Positions 37,787 through 48,904 of a DNA stretch of 64,000 nt are shown piece after piece; position 1 is the first letter of the stretch; each line of letters opens with the position of its first letter. The notes under the pieces were generated by a model that made no database searches, was not told the DNA's origin, and was given only the letters and a program-made list of their open reading frames with translations. Source of the stretch: Lepidodermella squamata (taxonomy: Eukaryota > Animalia > Gastrotricha); the NCBI GenBank assembly GCA_047495785.1, contig JBLDXI010000046.1:1054001-1118000 (forward strand), written 5' to 3'. The position numbers and the translations under genes are program-made.

Positions 37787-39783
37787 ATGATATCTGTTTT
37801 CCTATTACTCCTGGCCGCGCCCGGAGTTGCAACGGCTAAACCATTCAAACTTAACATTTTAGAAATGTCACCAGTTCGTTGGGCTCGCGAGTGCCGGGCT
37901 GCGTCGCAAATTGTTATCGAGACAATCAACAACAGATCGGAAATTCTGCCTGACTATGAAATCGTATCACAATGGCGAGAAGAAACGGACCCGATCATTG
38001 GATATTCACCTCTGGCTAATTTTATGGCATACAACATTAGGCAGAAATCTGAAATACAAGCGCCGTTTGTTATGAGTGGATTCTATTCAGCAGGATCTAT
38101 CGCGCTTGGACGCGTGTTGCATCACTTTGATACAGTCGGAATCTGCTTTGGTTGCGGCTCATCTGTTCTCGCAAATCACGTGGCGACACCAAACATGTAC
38201 ACGGTAGTTTTGACGGGGGACGTATCAGCACGAGCTATCAACAAATTTATCAGAGAAATCGGACTGTGGTCTCGTTATGGCATTCTAACGATAGCCACAA
38301 ACCCGTACGACTATTTAACAGCTACTCACGCATATCGATATGCGAATGAGTTCAACACAAGTGTTCCTTATTTTAACGCTGTTTTAGACGTTAACGAAGA
38401 GGTAGTGGAGGAGTTAATCGACTACGACCTTCGGATTATTTTTGTTTCAATCAGCATTGTGAAATCAGCATGGACTTTTCTATGTTTAGCTTACGAGCAG
38501 GGGATATCAGGGGCCCGTTATGTTTTCATTATGGATGGATTCAATGCAACTCCTCCTGATCTTATCTCCGATGATGACATTTCCTACGAGAGATGCACGC
38601 GAGAGATCGTCGTAACACAATTTAAAAGCGTAATGTTTGCGAGCCCAATTTACTCCATTTTTGAACAGACAAGAAAATCCGAGTTAGGCTTTACTATTGA
38701 TCAATTTGAAGAGCTCGTCTCACAGAAAACCGGTTCGAAGTCAGCAGGAAATTACGTGTCTTATATGTGTCACGATGCTGCCATCATTGGGCTATTCGCC
38801 CTTCATGAGACGGAAATCAAATTACGGCAGCAATACAACCTGACCCTTCGTGATTTCAAAACTCAAAGCAAACTCATCGGAAATTTGATGAATGAGTCTG
38901 TCTTGCACATCAACCGATCTGGGCTGAGGAGTCAGCTAGGATTCAGCAAGGATGGCAACTTTGACCACGATATGGTTACATTCATGCGCTGGAACGTAAG
39001 CGAATTCGTGACAAATTATTTAGCCGTGACGAGGAATGGCGAAATTAACATCGTAAAACTTAAAGTCGATTGGGAAAACTGGTTCGGACCGAGACCACGA
39101 GATCGTGCTCTTACTTTGAGCTTGGTCGACGAAGTTGCAGCTAACATAGCAGTTTCAATTATCTCATCTATTTCGGTTATTTCTCTCGCGAAGCTTATGA
39201 CAATCATATGGGCACTCCATATTGCTGATCCAAATGCATTAGGCTCAGCCAAGTGGCTAAAAACGTTTGGAATTCTGTGCTGTCTTGGGTTGAATACGTT
39301 TCCCGTACTATTGTTAACTGAGACCAATTTAATCATTCAGGTCGCTCGAATCCTGATTTTTGGGTGCTTTACTTCACTGATCAATGGCATAATCTGCTTT
39401 AGGGCAATCCGATTATTCACAGCTGAGGTGGAGAAGCTGCGTTTGTTAAAACCTCGTTCACGGCGCGGTATTTCACGTTTGAAATCACGCGATCAAATTC
39501 AAGGGATCTTATTCGCTCCCGCGTGCGAGCGACGTGTCGGGAGCATTACGTAATTCTGATCGCTCTAATTAACGCGCCTACTCTTATGATCTGTACCGCA
39601 GTCGTGGGTTTTACGGCGTCATCGCCGATAATACAGCATATTGTAGCAGCGTATGGAGCGTTGGTTTTTTCAGCATCGAACTTTGTGATCTGGGTGTTAA
39701 GAGATTTCATCAACCGCGTGTCAACGAGAAGACGTGCAGAAGGAGCGAACCGTCAAATCGCACTGGCTCCTTTAAGACGATAA
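37787..39783 (+). pseudogene. Second GABA-B-like GPCR with internal deletion/frameshift
   Basis: Flytrap + TM1-3 in ORF ending 39553; TM6-7 equivalents (ALINAPTLMICTAVV...) in another frame at 39523-39783; TM4-5 missing. Confidence 0.7.
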
Positions 39784-40069
39784 TTTAAACCTCGCAGTAC
39801 CTTCAGTGGTGCTTTTCAGTCGGCGCTAATAATTACGCAGCTGTCTTGTGGAACTTCGTAACATGATATGTATGCCCTATTTTTATAATTTTTCAATAAA
39901 CTTATTCGCGATAATACATAAGTAACCAGAGGCCATTAAATATTAAAATGAACTCAGAACCTCATATCTTGAATATAACGGGAGATTGAGTACAATCGTA
40001 AACATTTTGATTATTGTTTCTTCGCAAATATTTTGTGGCCAAATCCTAACAACCTACCTCCTCTTGCTT

Positions 40070-41000
40070 CATCAGAATGTGTGGCCGCAAGCCTGCAAAA
40101 CTCGTGGGTCAATGTAAAAATCGTGGCATATCGAACACGTCAAAGATCAAAGACTGAAATAAATCACTCAAGTGTTTTCAGCGAAAAATGAAGAAAACAA
40201 TACCAATTGGACGCTACTCAAGGACGATGTACTTGCAGCCATTATTATTATGATGATTATTATTATGGCCTTAAATTTACTGATGGAACCGGGAATCACA
40301 GAATTCACAATTCACAAAATTATTTGATGGAAATTACCTCATCCCAAGCTTCAGTTTCCATTAGATTCTCAACGAGATCGACTTTCAACTTTCGAACATG
40401 TTCCGGGGCGTCTGAAAATTTTAGATCCACGGCCTCGTAGCGAAAAGCAATCCGGCCAATGAAAAGGCTAGCCTACAAAAATCACAATTTTTGAGCGAAA
40501 AAAAGAGAAAAAATAAGAACCTCATCGAGGATTTTTGCGACTCGAGACCTCATTTCAGCGATTTCACGCAACGTATGATCAAGAACGGACGAATTAGACA
40601 GAGCCTCGATTTCCAGTAGAAATGTATCGTCCAACTTAAGATTCGGATTAGATTCAGCTTTCAGCGTCAGTGCCTTGGAAGCTTCAAGAGCTTGATCATA
40701 CAATGCTATTTTTGCTCCTCGCAATTCTTCCACCAGCTTCATCTCAACTCTGTCACAAAATGACTCGATTTCTGCATTTGCTTTCGATTTTTCTTAATTG
40801 ATGAACTGGAGGCAACTTTTCAATTTATCCTCAGCACTTCCATTTGCCATGTGTTTCAAGAGCTGAAAAATTTGCCACGTCATTTTTAACTAAAAATCTT
40901 CTGAAAAAATACCTCGCCGTGAAGGATTGCGATTTTTTTTCAGCTTGCATATTGCGGCAACCCTCGCAGAACAAGGTCTGACAATGCGGGCATTCTTGAA
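40070..41000 (-). pseudogene. TRIM-ankyrin relics (pieces of two copies)
   Basis: Exon 1 MAASTSSLSSVQL (~40242) and RING exon SLTCSICHDFYIDPRVLQACGHTF* (premature stop); coiled-coil exon 40482-40860 and CPHCQTLFCEGC fragment ~40950. Confidence 0.75.
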
Positions 41001-41706
41001 ATAAATTGAAAAATCAACGACTTCAACTTTTAGAGAAGATTGTAGAGGCGAATTCATCGGCCAGAATTTTCACACATCCCCCCCCCCCCCCTCCCCCAAG
41101 AATTGATGGCATTTTGTTCGTCTTTTCTTGTTTTGCTCTTTTCGCATACAACGGATAGTTTTCGGAAGAGCTACTACCCCGGCAAAACATTTTACAACGT
41201 ACATTCCTTTACATCACTTTGCACCTAAGCAGTAATTCAAGTTAGATGAGTAATACAGCGCTGTACACCGGTTAGAAGCTTTTCGAAAGCCGTTTTTGAT
41301 CATATGATCAGAAATTTAACGTCGGCTACAACGCTCGTTGTTTCAGCTGCAATTATATCGACTGAGAAGAGCTCGAATTCACAGAAAGTTGAGAAAAAGT
41401 ATTCGTCAAGTATTATTGACACCAATTTACAAAGCCTTTCGAATTGCTGTCAACTAGCGAGAAATTTTCTATCATGAAGCGTTTAACCGAGCTTCTCGCA
41501 TTGCTTCAGCTGCCTTGTTTCGCGCATGTTTGCCGTTCAGGCCATGTGACGTAGAGGCTGGTGTTTGTTAGCTTCGGTGCTCCTCACGTGCAAAAACGCC
41601 TATAAATTCTGGCAATAATCGCTTAATTTTTATGTGTTATTTTTCGAGCCATATTACAGATAAAAGCATCTTCACTTTTGTTATTCGTTTTCATCAAACC
41701 CAAGCC

Positions 41707-42097
41707 ATGTCTATGAAGCTTGCTGCCGTCTTCGCCCTGATGTTTGTCGCTAGCTTATACGCAGCCGGTAGGCTTTTTCACCAATTAATATGCTTATACG
41801 ATGTTACGATGTTGACTCTGAGCAGAAATGAAAGCGACAGATCTCGAATGTCGAGAAAAACCGAACGTGTACGCAGTATCATTAAATCAAATTGATCTGA
41901 CGACACTACCGGATGTGAAAGTATGCGTAGAAAGATGCAAGCGTAATCCGGCATGCAAGGCTGTCACACATATACCGAAGTCTAGAAGGTCCAACAACCA
42001 GTGCCACGAGCTGAGCAATTGCCATAAATGGAAAATCAATGGACCACTAACGCTAGAAATTTATGGCGAGGGTGTTACGAACTGGATCAAAGTTTGA
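41707..42097 (+). CDS. Small secreted PAN/apple-like protein 2 (2 exons)
   Basis: MSMKLAAVFALMFVASLYAA|gtagg; exon 2 ..ECRE..CVERCKRNPACKAVTH...CHELSNC...WIKV*; TATAAA at 41601; paralog of 1724-2120. Confidence 0.8.
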
Positions 42098-43523
42098 GCA
42101 GTCAAATGCGACAAAACTGAGAGCTTCAGCGATGAGATGAGATGATATGAGATGAGAGCTCTAACAGAGCTTGTGATCAAATAAAAGATGAAGTGGCGTC
42201 AATTTCCTTTTGAAAAATTAACCGCGTGAAATGTATGCCGTTATCGATCCAATAACACCCCCGTAAAGGCGGCACTCGCCTGCGCCTTATCCATTCTTGC
42301 TTCGACATGTTCGACAGAAATTCTGGCCGGTTCGGCAGAAAAACCGACAAGAGCAGACACGTTTTGGCAGTAAACAATATTTTCGAAGCTTCGTACAGTG
42401 ACAATCAAAAGATCCGCACGGTGGAATTGACGGGATGCACGTTGACATTTTCGCACGTGCGGAATGAGGCTGTTTATCCCCAGCAAAACGGACCAGAATG
42501 ACGTCTTTTTCACGATCTCCCAAAAATAGCTCCAAGGAAAGGGGGGTAGTTTCAATATTTGAATATATTCATGAGATGTCATAAAAATAGGACATTCTTA
42601 GTTAAGTGCCAAAAATTGCAGAAAAATTTGAGCACTTGTAATACGGTTACAACAAATCAAAAATAATTTTTCCATCATTTTTCTGACATAATCATCAGCA
42701 GTAGGAATCTGCCGATCCTAAGCCAGCCGCCTCAAAATAAAATTTTCATCTTTTATCATATTCTCCGCGGCAAATCTTCGGCATTTCGCATGGGCTCTGC
42801 GAAATGCAAAAATCATCACCAATGAGTCAAAATCGCCGCCCAGGCATATCCAGCTAAAATTAAATTGAGTTTCACCGGCCATCCGAATTTTCCGATCTTG
42901 AAAATTTGAAAACAGCCTGAAAAGGGGTGCCTTTCAGAACAGCCCCAAGAAATGAAATTTACTCCGAATAGGAACTCCTGCTCCGCGAATTATCGTCTCT
43001 GGATACATTTTATTCATGGTTTTTTTTCTGGTGAGATTGTAATTGCAGGACCATTCACCTTTATTGAGCGTCTGTAGCAATGGAAAGCCGTCTTTGGATG
43101 TGATAATATATCAACCGTCACCTATCAGTTGTGCGAAAGCATCATCTTTTGATACGCCGATTATTCATGAATAAAAAAATTGCTGTTCATTGTTGTCATT
43201 GGTAACGGACTTCAAGCGTGAATTAGCATATTTGGGATCTACAAGTACGTGTTATTTTTGCTTTTGCCAAAGCGGATAGCTGAAAGGTACCGATAATGAA
43301 AACGTCATGCTTTTGAGATCATATACGCGACAACAATAAAGAGATGAATAGGATTCGATTGTAGCTATTGTAAAATTGGTGAATGAAGGCTACAATTATA
43401 TTCACCAGCGGTTTTCTACCATTCACCAGCGGTTTTCCACCGCTATCTCACTGGTATTGTAACATTTTTTCAGTTTTTCTAATTTTGGACTCTTCATTTG
43501 AAATATTTCGAAGGACAAAGAGG

Positions 43524-44186
43524 ATGCAAATGGACGGAATAAACGCAAACAGACCAGATCTTGCAGCATTGATTGAACGACTTGCCGCTCAAAATGGGCA
43601 ATCACCTGATCCAAATCCTTCTCATCTTTCATTTATTCCCAAGACATTAAGAAGCAACGTTCTGTTTATGTCGGCAAGGCCATTAGACAACACCAAAATG
43701 ACAACTATATTTTTGGGCACAATTCGACCAAACTATCGAGACGATTATTGGAACCAAGATGTTGAAAAATGGAAGACATATTTCGGATCTCACTGCCTAT
43801 ACTGGGCAATTCAAATGAAGCCGTTGAACGTACCACCTTACGAAAAGTTGGATGCAGATGATGCCATCTCCCAGATTGAGACTTGCCTAACATCGCTCAA
43901 CCAGTTGGCGGTTAGTGAACGCATTCGCCTCATTTTTCTAGGAACAGGTTATTCTGCCTTTGTTTATGAAGCAGTAACCTTTTTGTTGAGACAGTGGGTT
44001 AACCCCGATGGAAGCCCGCGTAAAAGCAAACAGCTTCAATTCATCACATCCGGTGATACAGCCAACAATGCCCTGAGTGAGTTCTGTCAGTGGCTGGTGA
44101 TTTCAGGCTCATGTGAAAACGTTGAATACGTCAACACAAAGACATATCACCCTTTCGGCTTTTGCAAGTCGTCATATTCTCAATAA
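43524..44186 (+). CDS. Hypothetical protein (~220 aa, alpha/beta-like)
   Basis: Long open frame (open from 43383), AATAAA overlapping the stop; no family recognised. Confidence 0.45.
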   Translation: MQMDGINANRPDLAALIERLAAQNGQSPDPNPSHLSFIPKTLRSNVLFMSARPLDNTKMTTIFLGTIRPNYRDDYWNQDVEKWKTYFGSHCLYWAIQMKPLNVPPYEKLDADDAISQIETCLTSLNQLAVSERIRLIFLGTGYSAFVYEAVTFLLRQWVNPDGSPRKSKQLQFITSGDTANNALSEFCQWLVISGSCENVEYVNTKTYHPFGFCKSSYSQ

Positions 44187-44367
44187 ACTCTATCCAAATT
44201 ATGCTTTATTTTGAAAGCAACTAACTTGCTAGTTAGCCATTGACTTGATTATTGCACTAATTGCCACCGCTGCACATGACTACTAGGACTTGATTATGTT
44301 TTGATTATGTCATCAATCGTGTGATATTTTTCTCTCAATAAATAACATATGTAGTTATTCCATAGAG

Positions 44368-44727
44368 ATGAGTAAGAACGTGAAAATCATCCACCATGCT
44401 GAACAGCGCCAGACTGACACGACACAGCAAGTGGAGTCGCTGAAATCCGAATTGATTGGCTTCAATAAAAAAGACTACCGATATTTCCTTGGTCTCAAAG
44501 CAAGTCGTAAGTTCGAAATTGCCATCAAACATACTCCTTGTAACAAGACTCTTACAGAAGCCGGGTTAATAAATGCTAACTCCTGTGTATTGGACATAAG
44601 AGCAGCGAAATCAAAGTGCGAACAACAGATTGGTAGATTGAAGAAGCAACTTAGACAAATGAAGAAAGACAAAATGATGCTGCAGCAAACAATTTCAGAA
44701 CTGAAAAAGGAAAGCATAAAAAAGTGA
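44368..44727 (+). CDS. Hypothetical protein with C-terminal coiled coil
   Basis: 119-aa ATG ORF with heptad pattern IGRLKKQLRQMKKDKMMLQQTISELKK. Confidence 0.4.
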   Translation: MSKNVKIIHHAEQRQTDTTQQVESLKSELIGFNKKDYRYFLGLKASRKFEIAIKHTPCNKTLTEAGLINANSCVLDIRAAKSKCEQQIGRLKKQLRQMKKDKMMLQQTISELKKESIKK

Positions 44728-45398
44728 ATTCAATTTATCTATTTATCTTTCCTTCAAGACAGACTAACCCCACTTTCAGCTCCTAAACATTACCGCTTCA
44801 ATCCACAGCCCGACACGTTTTCATGTACATTGGTATAGTAGTAAATAAAAGGGTTCATAGTGTGGTTGGAACCAACATTTTACAAAGCTGGCATTTCTTT
44901 CTCAAGGTCATCCACATCTCAACAGAGGATTTAAACAAGTGATTCATCAAACCAGCGCCTGCGAGCGCAGATAGAGCGCAGATGAGGACCGCGGTGTTTT
45001 GATTAATTCGAGAAGACTAACGAAGAATAACGCTAAGAAGTCACATTTTTCTCCCTCAGTTTTTTCCGCGGGCATAACGGCTCATATGATCTACGTCCGC
45101 GAATGTCAATAGCAGTTTATAAGACTATGTGGCTGTGCTTTGCCAATGCTGATAAATGCGGTGAAATTTAATATAGTCACAATTAACCCAATGTTAGTCG
45201 CAGGCGATTTGTATGCGACATCTCCGGAATTTTCAGAATATTAAATTTGTCACTTATTTCTCGAGGCTAGCTGTTATACACAAAATCAGCTGATAATTCA
45301 TACGATTCGGACAAATTTGAAAAATAAATTCGGTCGCAATTTTTAGCCGCAATCAAGGTTAGCCGCATGCGATTATACCGCCGCTGGCACTTTTTGTT

Positions 45399-45472
45399 TG
45401 ACGCCAGTGGGGTTTGAACCACCGACCACTCGCGCGAGAAAGCAGCGTTACACCAACTACGCCACAGAAATC
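45399..45472 (-). ncRNA. tRNA-like Pol III unit (degenerate)
   Basis: GATTTCTGTGGCGTAGTTGGTGTAACGC...GGTGGTTCAAACCCCACTGGCGTCA: A box, D stem GCGT/ACGC, B box; acceptor and anticodon arms imperfect. Confidence 0.6.
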
Positions 45473-45610
45473 ACACAAATACCATACGGCCGGCTATTGC
45501 TCTATAAACCGTATAGCCTCGGCTCGCTCGACTATACAAAACAGCAGCCATATAGGATATCACTTATACAGCATCTCCGGAATTTTCAGAATATTAAATT
45601 TGTCACACAG

Positions 45611-45914
45611 TAGAGGGGCATTCAGTAGTTCAGTGGATAGCCGCCTGCTGTGCATTGAGCGTCAAGATCGAGTTCGGCACGAGTTCGGCCTCTGCCTGGG
45701 TCGACCGTGATTAAGCAATTCCGCTCTACTCCGACGGTAGCCGACCACTCCATCGTGTTACAAAAGCGAAAAGTGGTAGATTAAGAGTGTCAGCGAGACT
45801 GACCTGATCGTTACCTGGCTGTCTCAAAAAGACCCTGCAAGCGCCCCCTACGAGCGCTTATTCGGGGCCCATGGCCTTGGCGTTTCAAGCATATCAAGGA
45901 ATTTCCTAATTTTT
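45611..45914 (+). ncRNA. Candidate structured Pol III RNA (or SINE)
   Basis: GC-rich island; A box TAGTTCAGTGG, two GAGTTCGGC B-box-like motifs; 5' TAGAGGGGC near-complementary to GCCCCCTA (~45843); first run of 4 or more T at ~45910. Confidence 0.4.
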
Positions 45915-46940
45915 AATTTTTCACTTATTTCTCGAGGTTACCCGTAACAAAATCAGCTGAAAATTCATATGATCCGGAAAAAGTTGAAAAATAAATTCGA
46001 TCACAATTTTTAGCCGCAATGAAGGTTGGTCGCATGCGATTTTCATTCGTGAAGACGGCTGATGATTCACTGGATTCGAAACTGTAAGCGTGAATGAGTT
46101 GGGCTGTTCGGTCGATATCTTGCTAAATACCCTGATCTGACAAAGATCTAATCTTCAAATTTACACTGATAATTCGAACGTTCAAACATTCAAGCTTTCA
46201 ACCGTTCAAACGTGTAAACATGCTGGTAAAAGGGTACATGCTGACACTTGTGAAGTTCGAACGTTTAAACGTTCGGACTTTCAAACGAAGGTTCAACAAT
46301 TTTCAGTGTCCAGCGTTGTGAGAGATTTGACAACCAAATTTTCCCAAGGTCTAGGAGTTTCAGCAGGGCCTACCGATTCATATGATCTATGTCTACGAAT
46401 GCGAATAGCAGCTTATAAGATGATGTAATGTCTGCTCTGTCAACGCCGACAAAATGCGATGAAAAGTCAATTCATTAGCCGCAGGCGATTTGTATGCGAC
46501 ATCTTCGGAATTTTCAGAATAATAAATTTGTAACTTATTTCTAAAGGTTAGCTGTTATACACAAAATCAGCTGATAATTCATACGATCCGGGCACATTTG
46601 GAAAATAAATTTGGTCACAATTTTTAGCCGCAATCTAGGTTAGCCGCAGGCGATTTTCATCCGTGAAGTCGGCTGATGATTCACTGAATTCGAAACTGTA
46701 AGCGTGAATGAGTTGGGCTATTCGGTCGATATCTTGCTAAATCTGACTCTGATCTGACAATTTACACTGATAATTCGAACGTTCAAACATTCAAGCTTTC
46801 AAACGTTTAAACGTTCAACCGCTCAACCGTTCAAACGTCTAAACATGCTTGTAAAAGGGTACATGCCAACGCCTGTGAAGTTCGAACGTTTAAACGTTCA
46901 GACTTTCAAACTTTAAAAATTTTCTGTATATAAGGTAAGT

Positions 46941-47237
46941 ATGTTGAGAACGAAACAAATAAGCACAGAAACTAAGGCCAAAATTATTGAAGAATATTTT
47001 AAAGGCAAAACCCCTGTATTACAAATTGCGGCCAAATTCAATGTGAGCAAAGGGATGATATATTATAATTTACAGAAATGGCTAGGCTCGAATCAAGAAT
47101 TTAGAGAAAACTCCGGCTATAAGCGTCAGCATGGAGGCAATATTAAGGTGAATTTACTACCCCCGGAAGAGAATAATCAGTATCCAGTAAAAATTATGTC
47201 AATGAATGAAGTTCAGGCGAGAAGAAAGCGAAAATAA
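46941..47237 (+). CDS. Helix-turn-helix DNA-binding protein
   Basis: ISTETKAKIIEEY..GKTPVLQIAAKFNVSKGMIYYNLQKW (transposase/psq-type HTH); basic C-terminus. Confidence 0.7.
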   Translation: MLRTKQISTETKAKIIEEYFKGKTPVLQIAAKFNVSKGMIYYNLQKWLGSNQEFRENSGYKRQHGGNIKVNLLPPEENNQYPVKIMSMNEVQARRKRK

Positions 47238-47260
47238 ATTTCTCGACAACTTATATAGAC

Positions 47261-47541
47261 ATGCCAGATACATTCGTAGCGCTGACAGAAGTGATTGAAA
47301 TGATGGAAGATTATGAAAGCATCCTAGAGCGGTTTAAACAAGAAATTAAGGATATTTCCGTAGGATACAGAACGTTAAGTAAACAGTACAGGGAACTCGA
47401 AAAGATGAAAAAAGGATCGGAGAAAGAAATTGAGCGAAAATTGTTAGACATGGAAAAAGAGAAGATTTAGTTCGAGTCTCTTTATAGCAGCCTCTTAACT
47501 GCTAATCAGCAACAAGAAAAACAGGCTGAACTTAGAAAATA
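47261..47541 (+). pseudogene. Duplicated coiled-coil ORF with premature stop
   Basis: 366-bp tandem duplication; TAG at 47468-47470 where the next copy has AAG. Confidence 0.75.
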
Positions 47542-47626
47542 ATCAATATCCACTAAAAATTATGCTGATGAATGAAGTTCAGGTGAGAAGAAAGCGAAAA
47601 TAAATTTCTCGACTACTAATATAGAC

Positions 47627-47992
47627 ATGCCAGGTACATTCATAGCGCTGACAGAAGTGGATCAAATGTTGGATGATAACGAAAGCATCCAAGAGCAGTT
47701 AAAACAAGAAATTAAGGATATTTCCATAGGATTCAAAGCGTTAAGTAAACAGTACAGGGAACTCGAAAAGATCAAAAAAGGATCGGCGAAAGATATTGAG
47801 CGAAAATTGTTAGACATGGAAAAAGAGAAGATTAAGTTTGAGTCTCTTTATAACAGCTTCTTAACTGCTAAGCAGCAACAAGAAAAACAGGCTGAAATTA
47901 GAAAAGTAAGTCAGAAAGAGAGGAAAGAGAAAGCAAAGCTCGAAATCAAAGAATTTCTCACTGAAATGAAAAATCTCAGGGAGAGTATATAG
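47627..47992 (+). CDS. Coiled-coil protein
   Basis: 121 aa, K/E/Q-rich heptads. Confidence 0.65.
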   Translation: MPGTFIALTEVDQMLDDNESIQEQLKQEIKDISIGFKALSKQYRELEKIKKGSAKDIERKLLDMEKEKIKFESLYNSFLTAKQQQEKQAEIRKVSQKERKEKAKLEIKEFLTEMKNLRESI

Positions 47993-48004
47993 TAAAAAAT
48001 AAAA

Positions 48005-48316
48005 ATGCACGATTCCTGTAGTTACATGGAAGAGATGTTAAGACATACTAAGGAAATTGTTAAAGCTGCCCACATCAACAATTTGGAAATGAAAAAGATA
48101 GTTATGTATACATGTGTAATCTTTTTGGTGATTATTAGTGGCTACGTTGGACTGAAATTACGTAAGGAGTATTCAGCTAAGAAGCCTACAATAATTAGGG
48201 TGAATAAGGTGGCAGACTCTCAGAATTCGATAAAGGCGACGAGTCCAAAGACAAATTTCGGCTATCCTGTTCGGCCGTATGAATATTCAAATGAATTATC
48301 GACTTTTTACATTTAA
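48005..48316 (+). CDS. Small single-pass membrane protein
   Basis: Hydrophobic IVMYTCVIFLVIISGYVGL flanked by basic residues. Confidence 0.55.
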   Translation: MHDSCSYMEEMLRHTKEIVKAAHINNLEMKKIVMYTCVIFLVIISGYVGLKLRKEYSAKKPTIIRVNKVADSQNSIKATSPKTNFGYPVRPYEYSNELSTFYI

Positions 48317-48904
48317 TTGCAATTCTTGGATCTTTTTTATGAACTCCTTTTTTATTTCTTCATCGCTAACAACAGATTTGCTGTCTAAATCTTTTTTAAT
48401 CGGGGACTTCATCTCTAAGTATTTTTCATATTCTTTAGTTATGATTTTATACTCACTATCACTAATGAAATTGTCATTCAGTGCTTTTGATATCAGATCA
48501 TTTATCGAATTCAGCTTGCTTATAGCTAGCATGCATAACCTCTCCTGCTTTTCAGCCTTTTTCATGAGCTGCTTAGCACCAATACCAAACCCAATACTAA
48601 CAAGTCCAGATCCGATAGAAATAGCTTCTAAAACAATAACTATAGGAGTGCTTATTATAGTTGTTAGCAGCCCTATTCCTCCTACGCCAAGTCCAATTGA
48701 CATCGATGACAGGCCGATATTAACACCATTAAGTACATTAGCTGATCTCTTATACTTATCGTAGCATTTAAGGCGAAAATCAATCTCGTTTTTCATTACG
48801 TCTTTAAGTTTTTTAATTTCACTAATCCTAAATTCCTGAGTACTGTTTGTTTCTAAACGCGTTTCTAATTTAGGGGCTGTCGGATAAATATTATGCTCGG
48901 TCAT
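48296..48904 (-). CDS. Adintovirus gasderminX-like membrane-active protein
   Basis: IYP..., FRISEI, Gly/Ser-rich hydrophobic hairpin, LAISKLNSINDLISKALNDNFISDSEY; pattern recognised from adintovirus gasderminX proteins. Confidence 0.7.
   Translation of the reverse strand: MTEHNIYPTAPKLETRLETNSTQEFRISEIKKLKDVMKNEIDFRLKCYDKYKRSANVLNGVNIGLSSMSIGLGVGGIGLLTTIISTPIVIVLEAISIGSGLVSIGFGIGAKQLMKKAEKQERLCMLAISKLNSINDLISKALNDNFISDSEYKIITKEYEKYLEMKSPIKKDLDSKSVVSDEEIKKEFIKKIQELQLNVKSR

Larger units (their letters stand above)
45080..46910. repeat. Three diverged, partly overlapping copies of a terminal-region repeat, with GTTCAAAC-like 8-bp arrays
   Basis: ~45080-45375 aligns with ~46378-46655; ~45900-46290 aligns with ~46505-46910; arrays at ~46175-46290 and ~46775-46910. 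Confidence 0.85.

Noticed and set aside
42177-43100. Short overlapping ORFs
   Set aside because: No recognisable motif or consistent exon chain.
46040-46120. CTGATGA...GAAAC hammerhead-like core (also ~46673)
   Set aside because: Stem II lacks the closing pair and no arrangement of stems I and III with a UH site could be built.
45080-46910. CRISPR-like array
   Set aside because: Repeats are long, diverged and irregular with no unique equal-length spacers; eukaryotic context, no cas genes.
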